Shown piece by piece: positions 8,416 through 16,349 of a stretch of 64,000 nucleotides of DNA; within the stretch, counting starts at the first letter, position 1, and each line of letters opens with the position of its first letter. Source of the stretch: Pseudomonas aeruginosa PAO1 (GTDB lineage: Bacteria; Pseudomonadota; Gammaproteobacteria; Pseudomonadales; Pseudomonadaceae). A model generated the notes under the pieces. That model ran no database searches and was not told the DNA's origin. It saw only the letters and a program-made list of their open reading frames with translations. The DNA lies in the NCBI RefSeq assembly GCF_000006765.1, contig NC_002516.2; one strand, given 5' to 3'. The position numbers and the translations under genes were made by a program.

Positions 8416-9734
8416 GCCTGCGCCTGCGCCTGACCCTGATCCTCGGCTCGGCCTTCATCCTGCTCTGGTCGCTGGCCGCGGCCTGGATGCTCTGCGACCT
8501 GCGCGGGCAGATGATGCGCTCCTTCGACCAACGCCTGGCGGCCTCGGCGCGGATGGTTGCCGGCCTGCTCCAGCAGTTGCCGCAGCCGCAGCCGGCGGAC
8601 GGCCAGACCACGCGCCTGAGCGCGGAGCAACTGGGAATTCCCAACGGCATGGCCTGCCAGGTCAGCTCACTGCGCGGCGAAGTCCTGGCGCAGAGCCATG
8701 CCACCCCGGAGCGGGCGCTGGACAGCACCGCCAGCGGCTTCCGCGACCAGGAAATCAACGGCGTGCTGTGGCGCAGCTTCACCGTGCAGGCCGGCGATCT
8801 GCGGGTCAGCACCGCCGACCGCCTGGAAGAGCGCGACGTGCTGCAACGCTCGGTGGTGGTGGCCGCCGCGGTGCCGGTGACGGTCGCCCTGCTCGGCAGC
8901 CTGGCCCTGCTCTGGCTCGGCGCCGGCCAGGGTCTGGCGCCGCTCAAGCGGATTCGCGACGCCCTCACCCGGCGCGGCGCCGACTCGCTGGAGCCACTGG
9001 AGCTGGCGGCCCTGCCGAGCGAACTGAAGCCGCTGGTGGAAACCCAGAACCAGTTGTTCCAGCGCATCGCCCAGGCCATCGAACGCGAGCGACGCCTGAC
9101 CGGCGATGCCGCCCACGAGCTGCGCAGCCCGCTGACCGCGATCAAGACCCACCTGCAGGTCGCGCGCATGACCGAGGGCGCCGCCGCCGAGCAGGCCCTG
9201 GCCCACGCCGAGGAAGGCGCCGACCGTCTGCACCGGACGCTGGACCAGCTGTTGCTGCTGGCGCGGGTGGAAGGCAGCCTGTCGTTCGACGACGGCGTGC
9301 AATGCAGCGCCGAGGACGCCGCCCGGGTAGCCATGCACGACGCCGGCCACGGCGACGTGCGGATGTTCGAGCTGAAGCTGGCCGACGGCTTGTCCGAGGC
9401 GCCGCTGGAAGTCCCCTCGGTGCTGGCCATCGCCGCGCTGCGCAACCTGCTGGACAACGCCCTGCGCCACACCGCCGCCGGCACCCGGGTGGAGCTGGCG
9501 GTGGAAACCGCGCAAGGCTGCGCGCGCTTCCACGTCCGCGACCACGGTCCGGGCATCGCCGAAACCGACCTGCCGCACCTCACCCGGCGTTTCTGGCGCC
9601 ACGGCAAGAGCGGCGGCAGCGGGCTCGGCCTGGCCATCGTCCAGGCTATCGTGCAACGCTGCCAATGCCGGCTGGACTTCGACAGCCGCGCGGACGGCCT
9701 GCGGGTGACGCTGGAAATGCCGCTGCGCGAGTGA
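8412..9734 (+). CDS. dsbS: Sensor histidine kinase DsbS; PA2480
   Basis: ATGA overlap with dsbR; two TMs; H-box AAHELRSPL; NLLDNA, DHGPG and GLGLAIV boxes; periplasmic Cys82 (GMAC), recalled as the copper-sensing residue. Confidence 0.9.
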   Translation: MSLRLRLTLILGSAFILLWSLAAAWMLCDLRGQMMRSFDQRLAASARMVAGLLQQLPQPQPADGQTTRLSAEQLGIPNGMACQVSSLRGEVLAQSHATPERALDSTASGFRDQEINGVLWRSFTVQAGDLRVSTADRLEERDVLQRSVVVAAAVPVTVALLGSLALLWLGAGQGLAPLKRIRDALTRRGADSLEPLELAALPSELKPLVETQNQLFQRIAQAIERERRLTGDAAHELRSPLTAIKTHLQVARMTEGAAAEQALAHAEEGADRLHRTLDQLLLLARVEGSLSFDDGVQCSAEDAARVAMHDAGHGDVRMFELKLADGLSEAPLEVPSVLAIAALRNLLDNALRHTAAGTRVELAVETAQGCARFHVRDHGPGIAETDLPHLTRRFWRHGKSGGSGLGLAIVQAIVQRCQCRLDFDSRADGLRVTLEMPLRE

Positions 9735-9763
9735 TGCGCGGGCCCACCCGCCAACCGACTCCC

Positions 9764-9847
9764 GTAGGGCGAATAGCCGCCCGCGGCTATCCGCCGGACC
9801 GAGGCCCAGGCATCGGCGGATAACGCCGTTGGCGTTATCCGCCCTAC
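9764..9847. repeat. Inverted REP doublet (REPIN-like)
   Basis: GTAGGGCGAATAGCCG-ccc-g-CGGCTATCCGCC (9764-9795) and the inverted copy GGCGGATAACGCC-gtt-GGCGTTATCCGCCCTAC (9815-9847), between convergent genes; GTAG-type REP. Confidence 0.8.
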
Positions 9848-9909
9848 CCCCGCGCCGACCTGCTTCCGCCGGACCGGGTCTCCGTCCTGCGGACGCCAGG
9901 CCACGAGGG

Positions 9910-10785
9910 TCAGATTCCCTGTCCCAGCAGCACGCCGTTGACCTTCTGTCCGTACAGGTTGACGCCGTCGTTGGCATGGAACTTCTGCCGCGTCTTCTCC
10001 ACCGAACCGTCCACCAGGCGCGGGTCCTGCGGGCGCTCGTGGCTGTTCATGAAGGCGGCGACGTCCCAGGCGTCGCGGTCGCTGAGGGTACCGGGCTTGC
10101 CCAGCGGCATGTTGTACTTGATGAAGGAGGCCGCGGTGTTGATGCGGTGCATGCCCGCGCCCCAGTTGAACGACTGCGCGCCCCACAGCGGTGGGAACAC
10201 CGTCTGCCCCAGAGCCATCTGGCCCTGGCCGTCGGCGCCGTGGCAGATCGCGCACTGCGCGGCATAGACCTTGGCGCCGCGCTCGATGCTGTAGCCGCCT
10301 TCCGGCGGGGCCACGTCCGGATAGCCGCGTCCGGGCAGGCTGACCCCGGTCGGCGCCTGGCTCGCCAGCCAATAGGCGTAGACGGTCAGGGCCTTGATCT
10401 CCGGGCTGTCGGCCGCCGGCACCTTGCCGTTCATGCTGAACTGGAAGCAGCCCTGCAGGCGCTCGGCGAACGTATTGACCTTGTTGTTCTTGGCACGGAA
10501 CGCCGGATAGACCGGGTAGGCCGCCCACTGCGGCGCGGAGTTGGCCCGGCGGCCCTGGTCGAGATGGCAGTTGACGCAGTTGAGCTGGTTACCGACCAGA
10601 TGCGGCGCGTTCTTCCGGGTTTCCACGAACAGCGCCTGGCCCTGGCGGACCATTTCGCCGAAGGCGTTGTCCGGGAGGCTGCTTTCCGCCGGCGGCTGGA
10701 ACGGCTCCGAGGGCGCCGTTGCCGCGTGGACGGGAGCGACCAGCAGGCCGGCGACGGCCAGGGAAAGGATCGACGGCATGTTCAT
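9910..10785 (-). CDS. tsdA: Diheme cytochrome c, thiosulfate dehydrogenase TsdA-like; PA2481
   Basis: Signal peptide; CVNCH and CAICH heme motifs; AERLQGCFQFSMNG with the candidate catalytic Cys; PPLWG-x2-SFNWGAGMHR and YNMPLG segments characteristic of TsdA. Confidence 0.75.
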   Translation of the reverse strand: MNMPSILSLAVAGLLVAPVHAATAPSEPFQPPAESSLPDNAFGEMVRQGQALFVETRKNAPHLVGNQLNCVNCHLDQGRRANSAPQWAAYPVYPAFRAKNNKVNTFAERLQGCFQFSMNGKVPAADSPEIKALTVYAYWLASQAPTGVSLPGRGYPDVAPPEGGYSIERGAKVYAAQCAICHGADGQGQMALGQTVFPPLWGAQSFNWGAGMHRINTAASFIKYNMPLGKPGTLSDRDAWDVAAFMNSHERPQDPRLVDGSVEKTRQKFHANDGVNLYGQKVNGVLLGQGI

Positions 10786-11435
10786 GGCTGGCCTCCTGCC
10801 TGACCGAGGGTGGCGAAGAACTGGCTGACGCTGCGGATCTCCTCTTCGCTGAGGGATTTGGCGATATGTCCCATCAGATCGTTCGGGTCGTTGCGGCGAG
10901 TGCCAAGCTGCCAGGCGCGCAACTGGTTGCTCAGGTACATCTCGCCCTGCCCCTGCAACGGCGGGAAGGCCTCCCCCACGCCGCTGCCGGCCGGACCGTG
11001 ACAGGTCACGCACTCGGGAATGTTGCGCTCCCAGGCGCCACGCACCGCCAGGGTCTCGCCGGGGCTGCGCGGGGTGGCCACGCGCGACAGCTCCACCGGC
11101 TTGGGCGCCGGCATTGCCGCGAGGGTATTGGCGAGCGCCTGGATCTCGTCGTCGCCGAGAGCATCGGCTATGCCCTTCATCACCGGGTGCTCGCGACTGC
11201 CGCCCTGCTTGAGGTCGTGCAGCTGCTTGCTCAGGTAGGCGGCGGGAAGGCCCGCCAGGCGCGGAAAGCCGGCGGCGGCCAGGCCCATGCCATCGGCGCC
11301 GTGGCAGGTGACGCAGGCCGCGGCGGCCGGGTTGGCGCCGCCCTGGGTGTAGAGTTTCTGGCCGTCGACGGCGGCCTGGGCCGTCGCCGCCAGCAAGGCG
11401 GTCAATGAAAACAGCAGTCGGTGTGCAACCGGCAT
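10782..11435 (-). CDS. tsdB: Diheme cytochrome c4, TsdB-like electron acceptor; PA2482
   Basis: Signal peptide, two CVTCH motifs, FPRLAG/FPPLQG, YLSKQL/YLSNQL, distal Met (HPVM, NDLM); stop overlaps the tsdA start. Confidence 0.72.
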   Translation of the reverse strand: MPVAHRLLFSLTALLAATAQAAVDGQKLYTQGGANPAAAACVTCHGADGMGLAAAGFPRLAGLPAAYLSKQLHDLKQGGSREHPVMKGIADALGDDEIQALANTLAAMPAPKPVELSRVATPRSPGETLAVRGAWERNIPECVTCHGPAGSGVGEAFPPLQGQGEMYLSNQLRAWQLGTRRNDPNDLMGHIAKSLSEEEIRSVSQFFATLGQAGGQP

Positions 11436-11460
11436 GGCAGGGTTCCTCTCTGGCTTATTG

Positions 11461-11488
11461 TTTTTAGTTCTAAGTTTAGAACCAAAAA
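11461..11488. promoter_or_regulatory. AT-rich palindromic operator candidate upstream of tsdB
   Basis: TTTTT-A-GTTCTAA-GT-TTAGAAC-C-AAAAA; 12 of 13 arm pairs complementary. Confidence 0.5.
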
Positions 11489-11549
11489 ACCTATCACCGA
11501 AAGACCCTACCGCACGCAGGTCTACATCATTTTCCCTACAGGCCCCGGA

Positions 11550-12551
11550 TCACGCCCCTTTCAGCTCCGCGACGATTTCGCAAGAGCGCAGCCGATGGGC
11601 GTGCTCGTAGAAGTCGCTGGTGAAGATAAGCTCGTCGGCGCCGGTCTGCTCCAGGAGGATCTCCAGACGCGCGCGAACCTTCTCCGGACCGCCGATCACC
11701 GCCAGGCCGAAGAAGCTGCCGACCGCATCCTGCTCGTGGGGCAGCCACAACGGCGCCATACTTTCCACCGGCGGCTTCTGTTTCAGGCTCTCGCCGCGGA
11801 TCAGCGCCAGCACGCGCTGGAAGGCGGTAGTGGCGAGGAACTCGGCCTCTTCGTCGGTAGGTGCGGCGATCAGCGGCACGCCGATCATCGCGTAGGGTTT
11901 GTCGAGTACCGCCGAGGGCTGGAAGTTGCTGCGGTAGATGCGCAGCGCCTCGTGCAGGTAACGCGGTGCAAAATGCGAAGCGAAGGCATAGGGCAAGCCT
12001 TTCTGCGCCGCCAGGTGGGCGCTGAACAGGCTCGAACCGAGTAGCCAGATCGGCACCTGGGTACCCTCGCCCGGCACCGCCAGCAGGCTCTGCTGGGAAC
12101 GGCGCGGGCCGAGCAGCATTTCCAGCTCGGCGACCTGCTCGGGGAAGTCGTCGCCGTTGCCCAGGCGGTCGCGACGCAAGGCGCGCATGGTCGCCTGGTC
12201 GGCGCCGGGGGCGCGGCCAAGGCCGAGGTCGATGCGGCCCGGGTAGAGCGTCTCCAGGGTGCCGAAGTTTTCCGCCACCACCAGCGGCGCATGGTTCGGC
12301 AGCATCACCCCACCCGAGCCGACGCGGATCCGCGAGGTGCCGCCGGCGATATGGCCGATCAGCAGCGCGGTGGCGGAGCTGGCGATGCCATCCATGTTGT
12401 GGTGCTCGGCCAGCCAGAAACGGTTGAAGCCCAGGCGCTCCACATGGCGCGCCAGGTCCAGGGAGTTGTGCAGGGCTTCGGCCACGCTGCCGCCGGTGCG
12501 CACCGGCACCAGGTCGAGCATGGACAGGGGAATATCAGCAAGCGTTGTCAT
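11550..12551 (-). CDS. Luciferase-like (LLM class, YhbW-type) flavin-dependent monooxygenase; PA2483
   Basis: [56 protein letters not shown] motifs. Confidence 0.9.
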   Translation of the reverse strand: MTTLADIPLSMLDLVPVRTGGSVAEALHNSLDLARHVERLGFNRFWLAEHHNMDGIASSATALLIGHIAGGTSRIRVGSGGVMLPNHAPLVVAENFGTLETLYPGRIDLGLGRAPGADQATMRALRRDRLGNGDDFPEQVAELEMLLGPRRSQQSLLAVPGEGTQVPIWLLGSSLFSAHLAAQKGLPYAFASHFAPRYLHEALRIYRSNFQPSAVLDKPYAMIGVPLIAAPTDEEAEFLATTAFQRVLALIRGESLKQKPPVESMAPLWLPHEQDAVGSFFGLAVIGGPEKVRARLEILLEQTGADELIFTSDFYEHAHRLRSCEIVAELKGA

Positions 12552-12630
12552 GAAAGCTCCAATCGGCAGCGGGCGATGGCCGGGGCGCGAGACACGCGCG
12601 GAAGGACCTCGCCCGGGGTTTGGATCAATT

Positions 12631-12648
12631 CTATATCACGCGTTATAG
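12631..12648. promoter_or_regulatory. Candidate TetR operator upstream of the LLM gene
   Basis: CTATA-TCACGCGT-TATAG inverted repeat in an AT-rich patch 80 bp upstream of the PA2483 start. Confidence 0.45.
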
Positions 12649-12701
12649 TTTTTGCCCACGGAGAATCCATGGGCTTTTTCCAGTCAAGGCGCGCTGTGGC
12701 G

Positions 12702-13316
12702 TCAGGCGGCCTCGACCGCCAGCAGGGAATCCCAGGCCGCCATCGCGCAGCGGCCGATGGCCAGCAACTGCTGGCGGCTGGCGCCGTCGCGGGCCTGGAT
12801 CGACAGGCCCTGGAGCACGCTGCTGTAGAAACTGGTGAGCGCGTCGAGATCGGCTCCGGCCGGCACGTCGCCGTCGGCCACGCCTCGTGCGAAACGCTCG
12901 CGCAGCAGGCGCGCGGCGCGCCGCCGGTGATCGCGCAGGTAGTCTTCGACGCCTTTGTTGGCCGGCGAGAAATTGGTCGTGCTGAGGTCGACCAGGCAAC
13001 CGCGCGGCTTGCCTTCGGTGGTGTAGCTGACGGCGGCGCTTTCCAGCAGCGCGGCGATCGACTCGCGCGCCGTCGGCAGGGCGAAGGCGCCCTTGGAAAG
13101 CTGGCACTCCTGGCTCAGGTAGAGTTCCACCGCCGAACGGAACAGCGCCTCCTTGGAACCATAGGCGGCATACATGCTCGGCGCGCAGATGCCACCCATG
13201 GCCTCCTTCAGCGCGGCCATGGTCACGCCTTCGTAGCCGGCCTCCCAGAACACGTCGAGCGCCCGGCGCAATGCCTGTTCACGATCGAAGCCGCAGGGGC
13301 GTCCACGCTTGGCCAT
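12702..13316 (-). CDS. TetR-family regulator (ComR/NemR-like); PA2484
   Basis: RGRP-x2-FDREQAL N-terminus, HTH PSMYAAYGSKEALF, PRGCLV, LQGLSIQARDG. Confidence 0.9.
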   Translation of the reverse strand: MAKRGRPCGFDREQALRRALDVFWEAGYEGVTMAALKEAMGGICAPSMYAAYGSKEALFRSAVELYLSQECQLSKGAFALPTARESIAALLESAAVSYTTEGKPRGCLVDLSTTNFSPANKGVEDYLRDHRRRAARLLRERFARGVADGDVPAGADLDALTSFYSSVLQGLSIQARDGASRQQLLAIGRCAMAAWDSLLAVEAA

Positions 13317-13393
13317 GGGAATTCCTGAGAAAAAAACACGTCATATGGTAACACCGGCGAACAGTCGCAAGGCTGGAGGGGGTCGCTTGATCC

Positions 13394-13417
13394 ATCACCG
13401 CGCTCGATATACACCAT
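13394..13417 (+). promoter_or_regulatory. MexT (nod-box-like) binding site
   Basis: ATCA-CCGCG-CTCGAT-ATAC-ACCAT, one mismatch from the recalled MexT consensus ATCA-N5-GTCGAT-N4-ACYAT; contains ATC-N9-GAT. Confidence 0.75.
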
Positions 13418-13503
13418 GCAGGCTTTTTACTTCTGCCGGTTCTCCCGCTGGGCAAACATGCTCTCCAAGGGCAGACGCCCACCCTTCCCCAGGAGAACCG
13501 ATC

Positions 13504-13623
13504 ATGTCCAGCTTCAGCGCCCTCGCCAGCTACTTCGCCGCTTCCGCGTTCTACAGCAATGCAGTGACCCCTACTCGCCCGGTTCAGGCCAGCGCGCCCG
13601 CGCCGACCAGCGAGAAGAAATGA
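13504..13623 (+). CDS. Putative 39-aa small protein, first gene of the ptrC operon
   Basis: AGGAGA RBS at 13491-13496; MSSFSALASYFAASAFYSNAVTPTRPVQASAPAPTSEKK; stop 16 bp before the ptrC ATG. Confidence 0.55.
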   Translation: MSSFSALASYFAASAFYSNAVTPTRPVQASAPAPTSEKK

Positions 13624-13639
13624 GCCCAAGGAGGCATCC

Positions 13640-13834
13640 ATGCTCTCAGCCCGCTCCCGCAAGGCCCCGACCTATGGCGTCACCTATGTGAGCCTCGAGG
13701 ATTGCACCCTGCACTTCGAGACCGAGTACATCATCGAGCGCCGCGACGGCAGCCTCGCGCACATGCCGATGCGCACGCCGGTCAGTGAGCGCGAAGCCCT
13801 GCAACGCCTGATCGAAAGCTGCATCGACGACTGA
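13640..13834 (+). CDS. ptrC: PtrC, MexT-induced small repressor of type III secretion; PA2486
   Basis: 64 aa, strong AAGGAGG RBS, position upstream of mexS-mexT; name from recall of the locus. Confidence 0.75.
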   Translation: MLSARSRKAPTYGVTYVSLEDCTLHFETEYIIERRDGSLAHMPMRTPVSEREALQRLIESCIDD

Positions 13835-13859
13835 TACCTCCAGTGCCCGTGTGCCGCTC

Positions 13860-14132
13860 TCAGGAGCGGCCAGCGGCGTTTTCCCAATCCGCCACCAGCG
13901 TCCGCAGTCGCGCGTCGCGCAGTTCGAAGAGTTCCAGCAGCCCCAGTGCCCGGATCGCCGGCAGCAGGGCGCGCAGGTCTTCTTCAGCCTGCCGCCGTTG
14001 CGCCGCGGGCAGTTCCTCCTCAAGCAGCAGCCGGGCGTTGGCGATGAACGCGCCGACGCTGCCCTTGCGTATCTCCACGCCGCCCAGGCGGATGCGGTCC
14101 TGTCGGTCGGGAAGGATGTCTTCGGCTTTCAT
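13860..14132 (-). CDS. Hypothetical 90-aa helical protein; PA2487
   Basis: MKAEDILPD...GVEIRKGSVGAFIANARLL; GGAG RBS before ATG 14132; divergent from an AraC gene. Confidence 0.7.
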   Translation of the reverse strand: MKAEDILPDRQDRIRLGGVEIRKGSVGAFIANARLLLEEELPAAQRRQAEEDLRALLPAIRALGLLELFELRDARLRTLVADWENAAGRS

Positions 14133-14229
14133 GGCGTGCTCCAGGCAAGAATGATGAGCCGCCAGGCTACATCCGCAGTCGAATGGCCTATTATCCATCC
14201 CGAGCCAATCATCGTCGCTTTTCCGCCAA

Positions 14230-14994
14230 ATGCTTCCGGACCCCCTGCCCGTCCCGCTCTTCGCCCTGCGCATCGACCGCGCAGCCAGCCGCACGGCCTC
14301 CCACCGCCATGCCTGCGGCCAGCTCTACTGCCTGGAGCGCGGCCTTCTGGTGGTCGAGGACGAGCATGGCCGCCAGGCCCTGCCTCCGCGCCAGATCGCC
14401 TGGATCCCACCGGGTCACCCACACTCGGCGCACTCCCACGGCAGCCTGGCGGGCTGGAGCGCCTACCTCGCCGCCGAACACTGCCGCGACCTGCCCCGGC
14501 ACCCCGGCGTGCTCGCCTGCTCGGCTTTCGTGGCGCTGATCGTCGAACGCGCCACCCGCTGGCCGACCGGCTCCGCCTGGAGCACCGAACGCGAGAACCT
14601 GCTGCGCGTGCTGCTGGACGAACTGCGCCACGCCGTGCCCCAGCGGACCCGCCTGCCCTATCCGGGGGATTCGCGCCTGCGCAGGATCGCCGAGGCATTG
14701 CTGGCCAACCCCGGCGATCCGCGGCCGGCGGCCGAATGGGCACGCTGGGCGGGCCTCAGCAGCCGTAGCCTGAGCCGGCTGTTCGGCGCCGAGACCGGTA
14801 TGAGCTTCGCGCAATGGCGGCAACTGGCGCGACTGCACGCGGCCGTCGAACGGCTGGCAGCGGGCCAGGCGGTCGGCGAGGTCGCCTGGTCGCTCGGCTA
14901 CGAAAGCCCGAGCAGCTTCGCCAGTGCCTTCCGCACAGTATTCGGCGAGACGCCGTCCGGCTATTCCAGTCGCGCCAACGAAGCGCTAGCCTGA
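14230..14994 (+). CDS. AraC-family regulator with cupin sensor (NimR-like); PA2488
   Basis: HRHACGQL / IAWIPPGHPH cupin; SRSLSRLFGAETGMSFAQWRQ and LGYESPSSFASAFR HTH motifs. Confidence 0.9.
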   Translation: MLPDPLPVPLFALRIDRAASRTASHRHACGQLYCLERGLLVVEDEHGRQALPPRQIAWIPPGHPHSAHSHGSLAGWSAYLAAEHCRDLPRHPGVLACSAFVALIVERATRWPTGSAWSTERENLLRVLLDELRHAVPQRTRLPYPGDSRLRRIAEALLANPGDPRPAAEWARWAGLSSRSLSRLFGAETGMSFAQWRQLARLHAAVERLAAGQAVGEVAWSLGYESPSSFASAFRTVFGETPSGYSSRANEALA

Positions 14995-15020
14995 ACCTTC
15001 CGCGCCACGAGCCTTTCCCC

Positions 15021-15836
15021 ATGAGCCACGCCAATACGCCCCGCGACTGGGTTCGACGCGCCCCGCAACACGGTGCGGTGGAACGCATCGAGGCTTACTT
15101 CGCCGGCCACGGCTACGATCCGCATCGCCACGACACCTATGCCATCGGCCAGACCCTGGCCGGGGTGCAGAGCTTCCGCTATCGCCGCAGCCAGCGCCAC
15201 AGCCTGCCGGGCGGCTGCCTGGTGCTGCATCCCGACGAGCTGCACGACGGCGAGGCCGGCAGCCAGGAAGGGTTCCGCTACCGGATGCTCTACGTCGAGC
15301 CGGCGCTGATCCAGCAGGCCCTCGGCGGCCGGCCGCTGCCGTTCGTGCGCGGGGGCTTGTCCGACGACCCGCGCCTGATCGCCGCCAGCCGGGCCCTGCT
15401 ACAGGCCATGGATACCCCGCTGGAGCCGCTGGAAGAACAGGACGCCCTGTTCGAACTGGCCCACGCCCTCGACGCCGTGGCCGGCAACCGGGCGCGCGGC
15501 AGGCGCCACTTCGACTTCGTCGCCGCCGAGCGCGCCCGGCAGTACATCCACGCGCACCTGGAGCGCCCGCTGGGCCTCGACGAACTGGCGCAGGTCGCCC
15601 AGCGCGAACGCTGGAGCCTGTCGCGCGATTTCCGCGCGCTGTTCGGCACCAGCCCCTACCGCTACCTGATCCAGCGCCGGCTGGACATCGCCCGCCGGCT
15701 GATGCTCGGCGGCCAGACGCTGGCCGAAGCCGCGCTTGCCGCCGGTTTCGCCGACCAGAGCCACATGACCCGCCATTTCGGCCAGAGCTACGGCCTGCCG
15801 CCGGCACGCTGGCTGCGTATGCTCGGCCGCGCCTAG
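15021..15836 (+). CDS. AraC-family regulator; PA2489
   Basis: YDPHRHDTYAIG, LHPDELHDG ligand domain; FRALFGTSPYRY and GFADQSHMTRHF HTH motifs. Confidence 0.9.
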   Translation: MSHANTPRDWVRRAPQHGAVERIEAYFAGHGYDPHRHDTYAIGQTLAGVQSFRYRRSQRHSLPGGCLVLHPDELHDGEAGSQEGFRYRMLYVEPALIQQALGGRPLPFVRGGLSDDPRLIAASRALLQAMDTPLEPLEEQDALFELAHALDAVAGNRARGRRHFDFVAAERARQYIHAHLERPLGLDELAQVAQRERWSLSRDFRALFGTSPYRYLIQRRLDIARRLMLGGQTLAEAALAAGFADQSHMTRHFGQSYGLPPARWLRMLGRA

Positions 15837-15916
15837 CCAGGTTGCACGATCATCCAAGACCGCCCGCTCCGTAGCCGCCTACCCTGGCGCCAGAGACCAA
15901 CCACCGGAGCGCACCG

Positions 15917-16291
15917 ATGTCCACCAGCACAACCCAAGCGATCAACTTCGCCGCCAAGCTCGCCCTGTTCGACGACCGCTGGCAACCCAGGGTGATCGCC
16001 CAGATGAACGACTACCAGTTCAAGCTGGTGAAGATCGAAGGCGACTTCGTCTGGCACACCCACGCCGACACCGACGAGACCTTCATCGTCCTCGCCGGTC
16101 GCCTGCGCATCGATTTCCGCGACGGCGCGGTGCACCTGGGCCCCGGCGAGATGTATGTGGTGCCGCGCGGCGTGGAGCACAAGCCGTTCGCCGAGGGCGA
16201 GGTGCGCATGCTCCTGGTGGAGCCCCGCGGCGTGCGCAATACCGGCGACCAGGGCGGCGAGCGGACGGCGGTCAACGATCTGTGGATCTGA
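15917..16291 (+). CDS. Cupin-domain protein; PA2490
   Basis: [13 protein letters not shown] and [10 protein letters not shown] metal-binding cupin motifs; GGAG RBS. Confidence 0.9.
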   Translation: MSTSTTQAINFAAKLALFDDRWQPRVIAQMNDYQFKLVKIEGDFVWHTHADTDETFIVLAGRLRIDFRDGAVHLGPGEMYVVPRGVEHKPFAEGEVRMLLVEPRGVRNTGDQGGERTAVNDLWI

Positions 16292-16303
16292 AACCGCGCC
16301 CAC

Positions 16304-16335
16304 GAAAAAGCCCGGCTCGATGGCCGGGCTCTTTC
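16304..16335. terminator. Bidirectional intrinsic terminator between the cupin gene and mexS
   Basis: AAAA-AGCCCGGC-tcgatg-GCCGGGCT-CTTT. Confidence 0.8.
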
Positions 16336-16349
16336 GCTGCGGGTCGTCC

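Noticed and set aside
1755-10528. Other long alternative-frame ORFs (1755-4160, 2356-3945, 8270-9823, 8303-10528; similar ones overlap mexF, czcA and muxBC)
   Set aside because: Arg/Pro/Ala/Gly-rich translations overlapping well-supported genes; typical high-GC artefacts.
13416-13691. 91-aa ORF MQAFYFCR... upstream of ptrC
   Set aside because: Its start lies inside the MexT box, it has no RBS, and it overlaps ptrC out of frame; the 39-aa ORF fits better. Not formally excluded.
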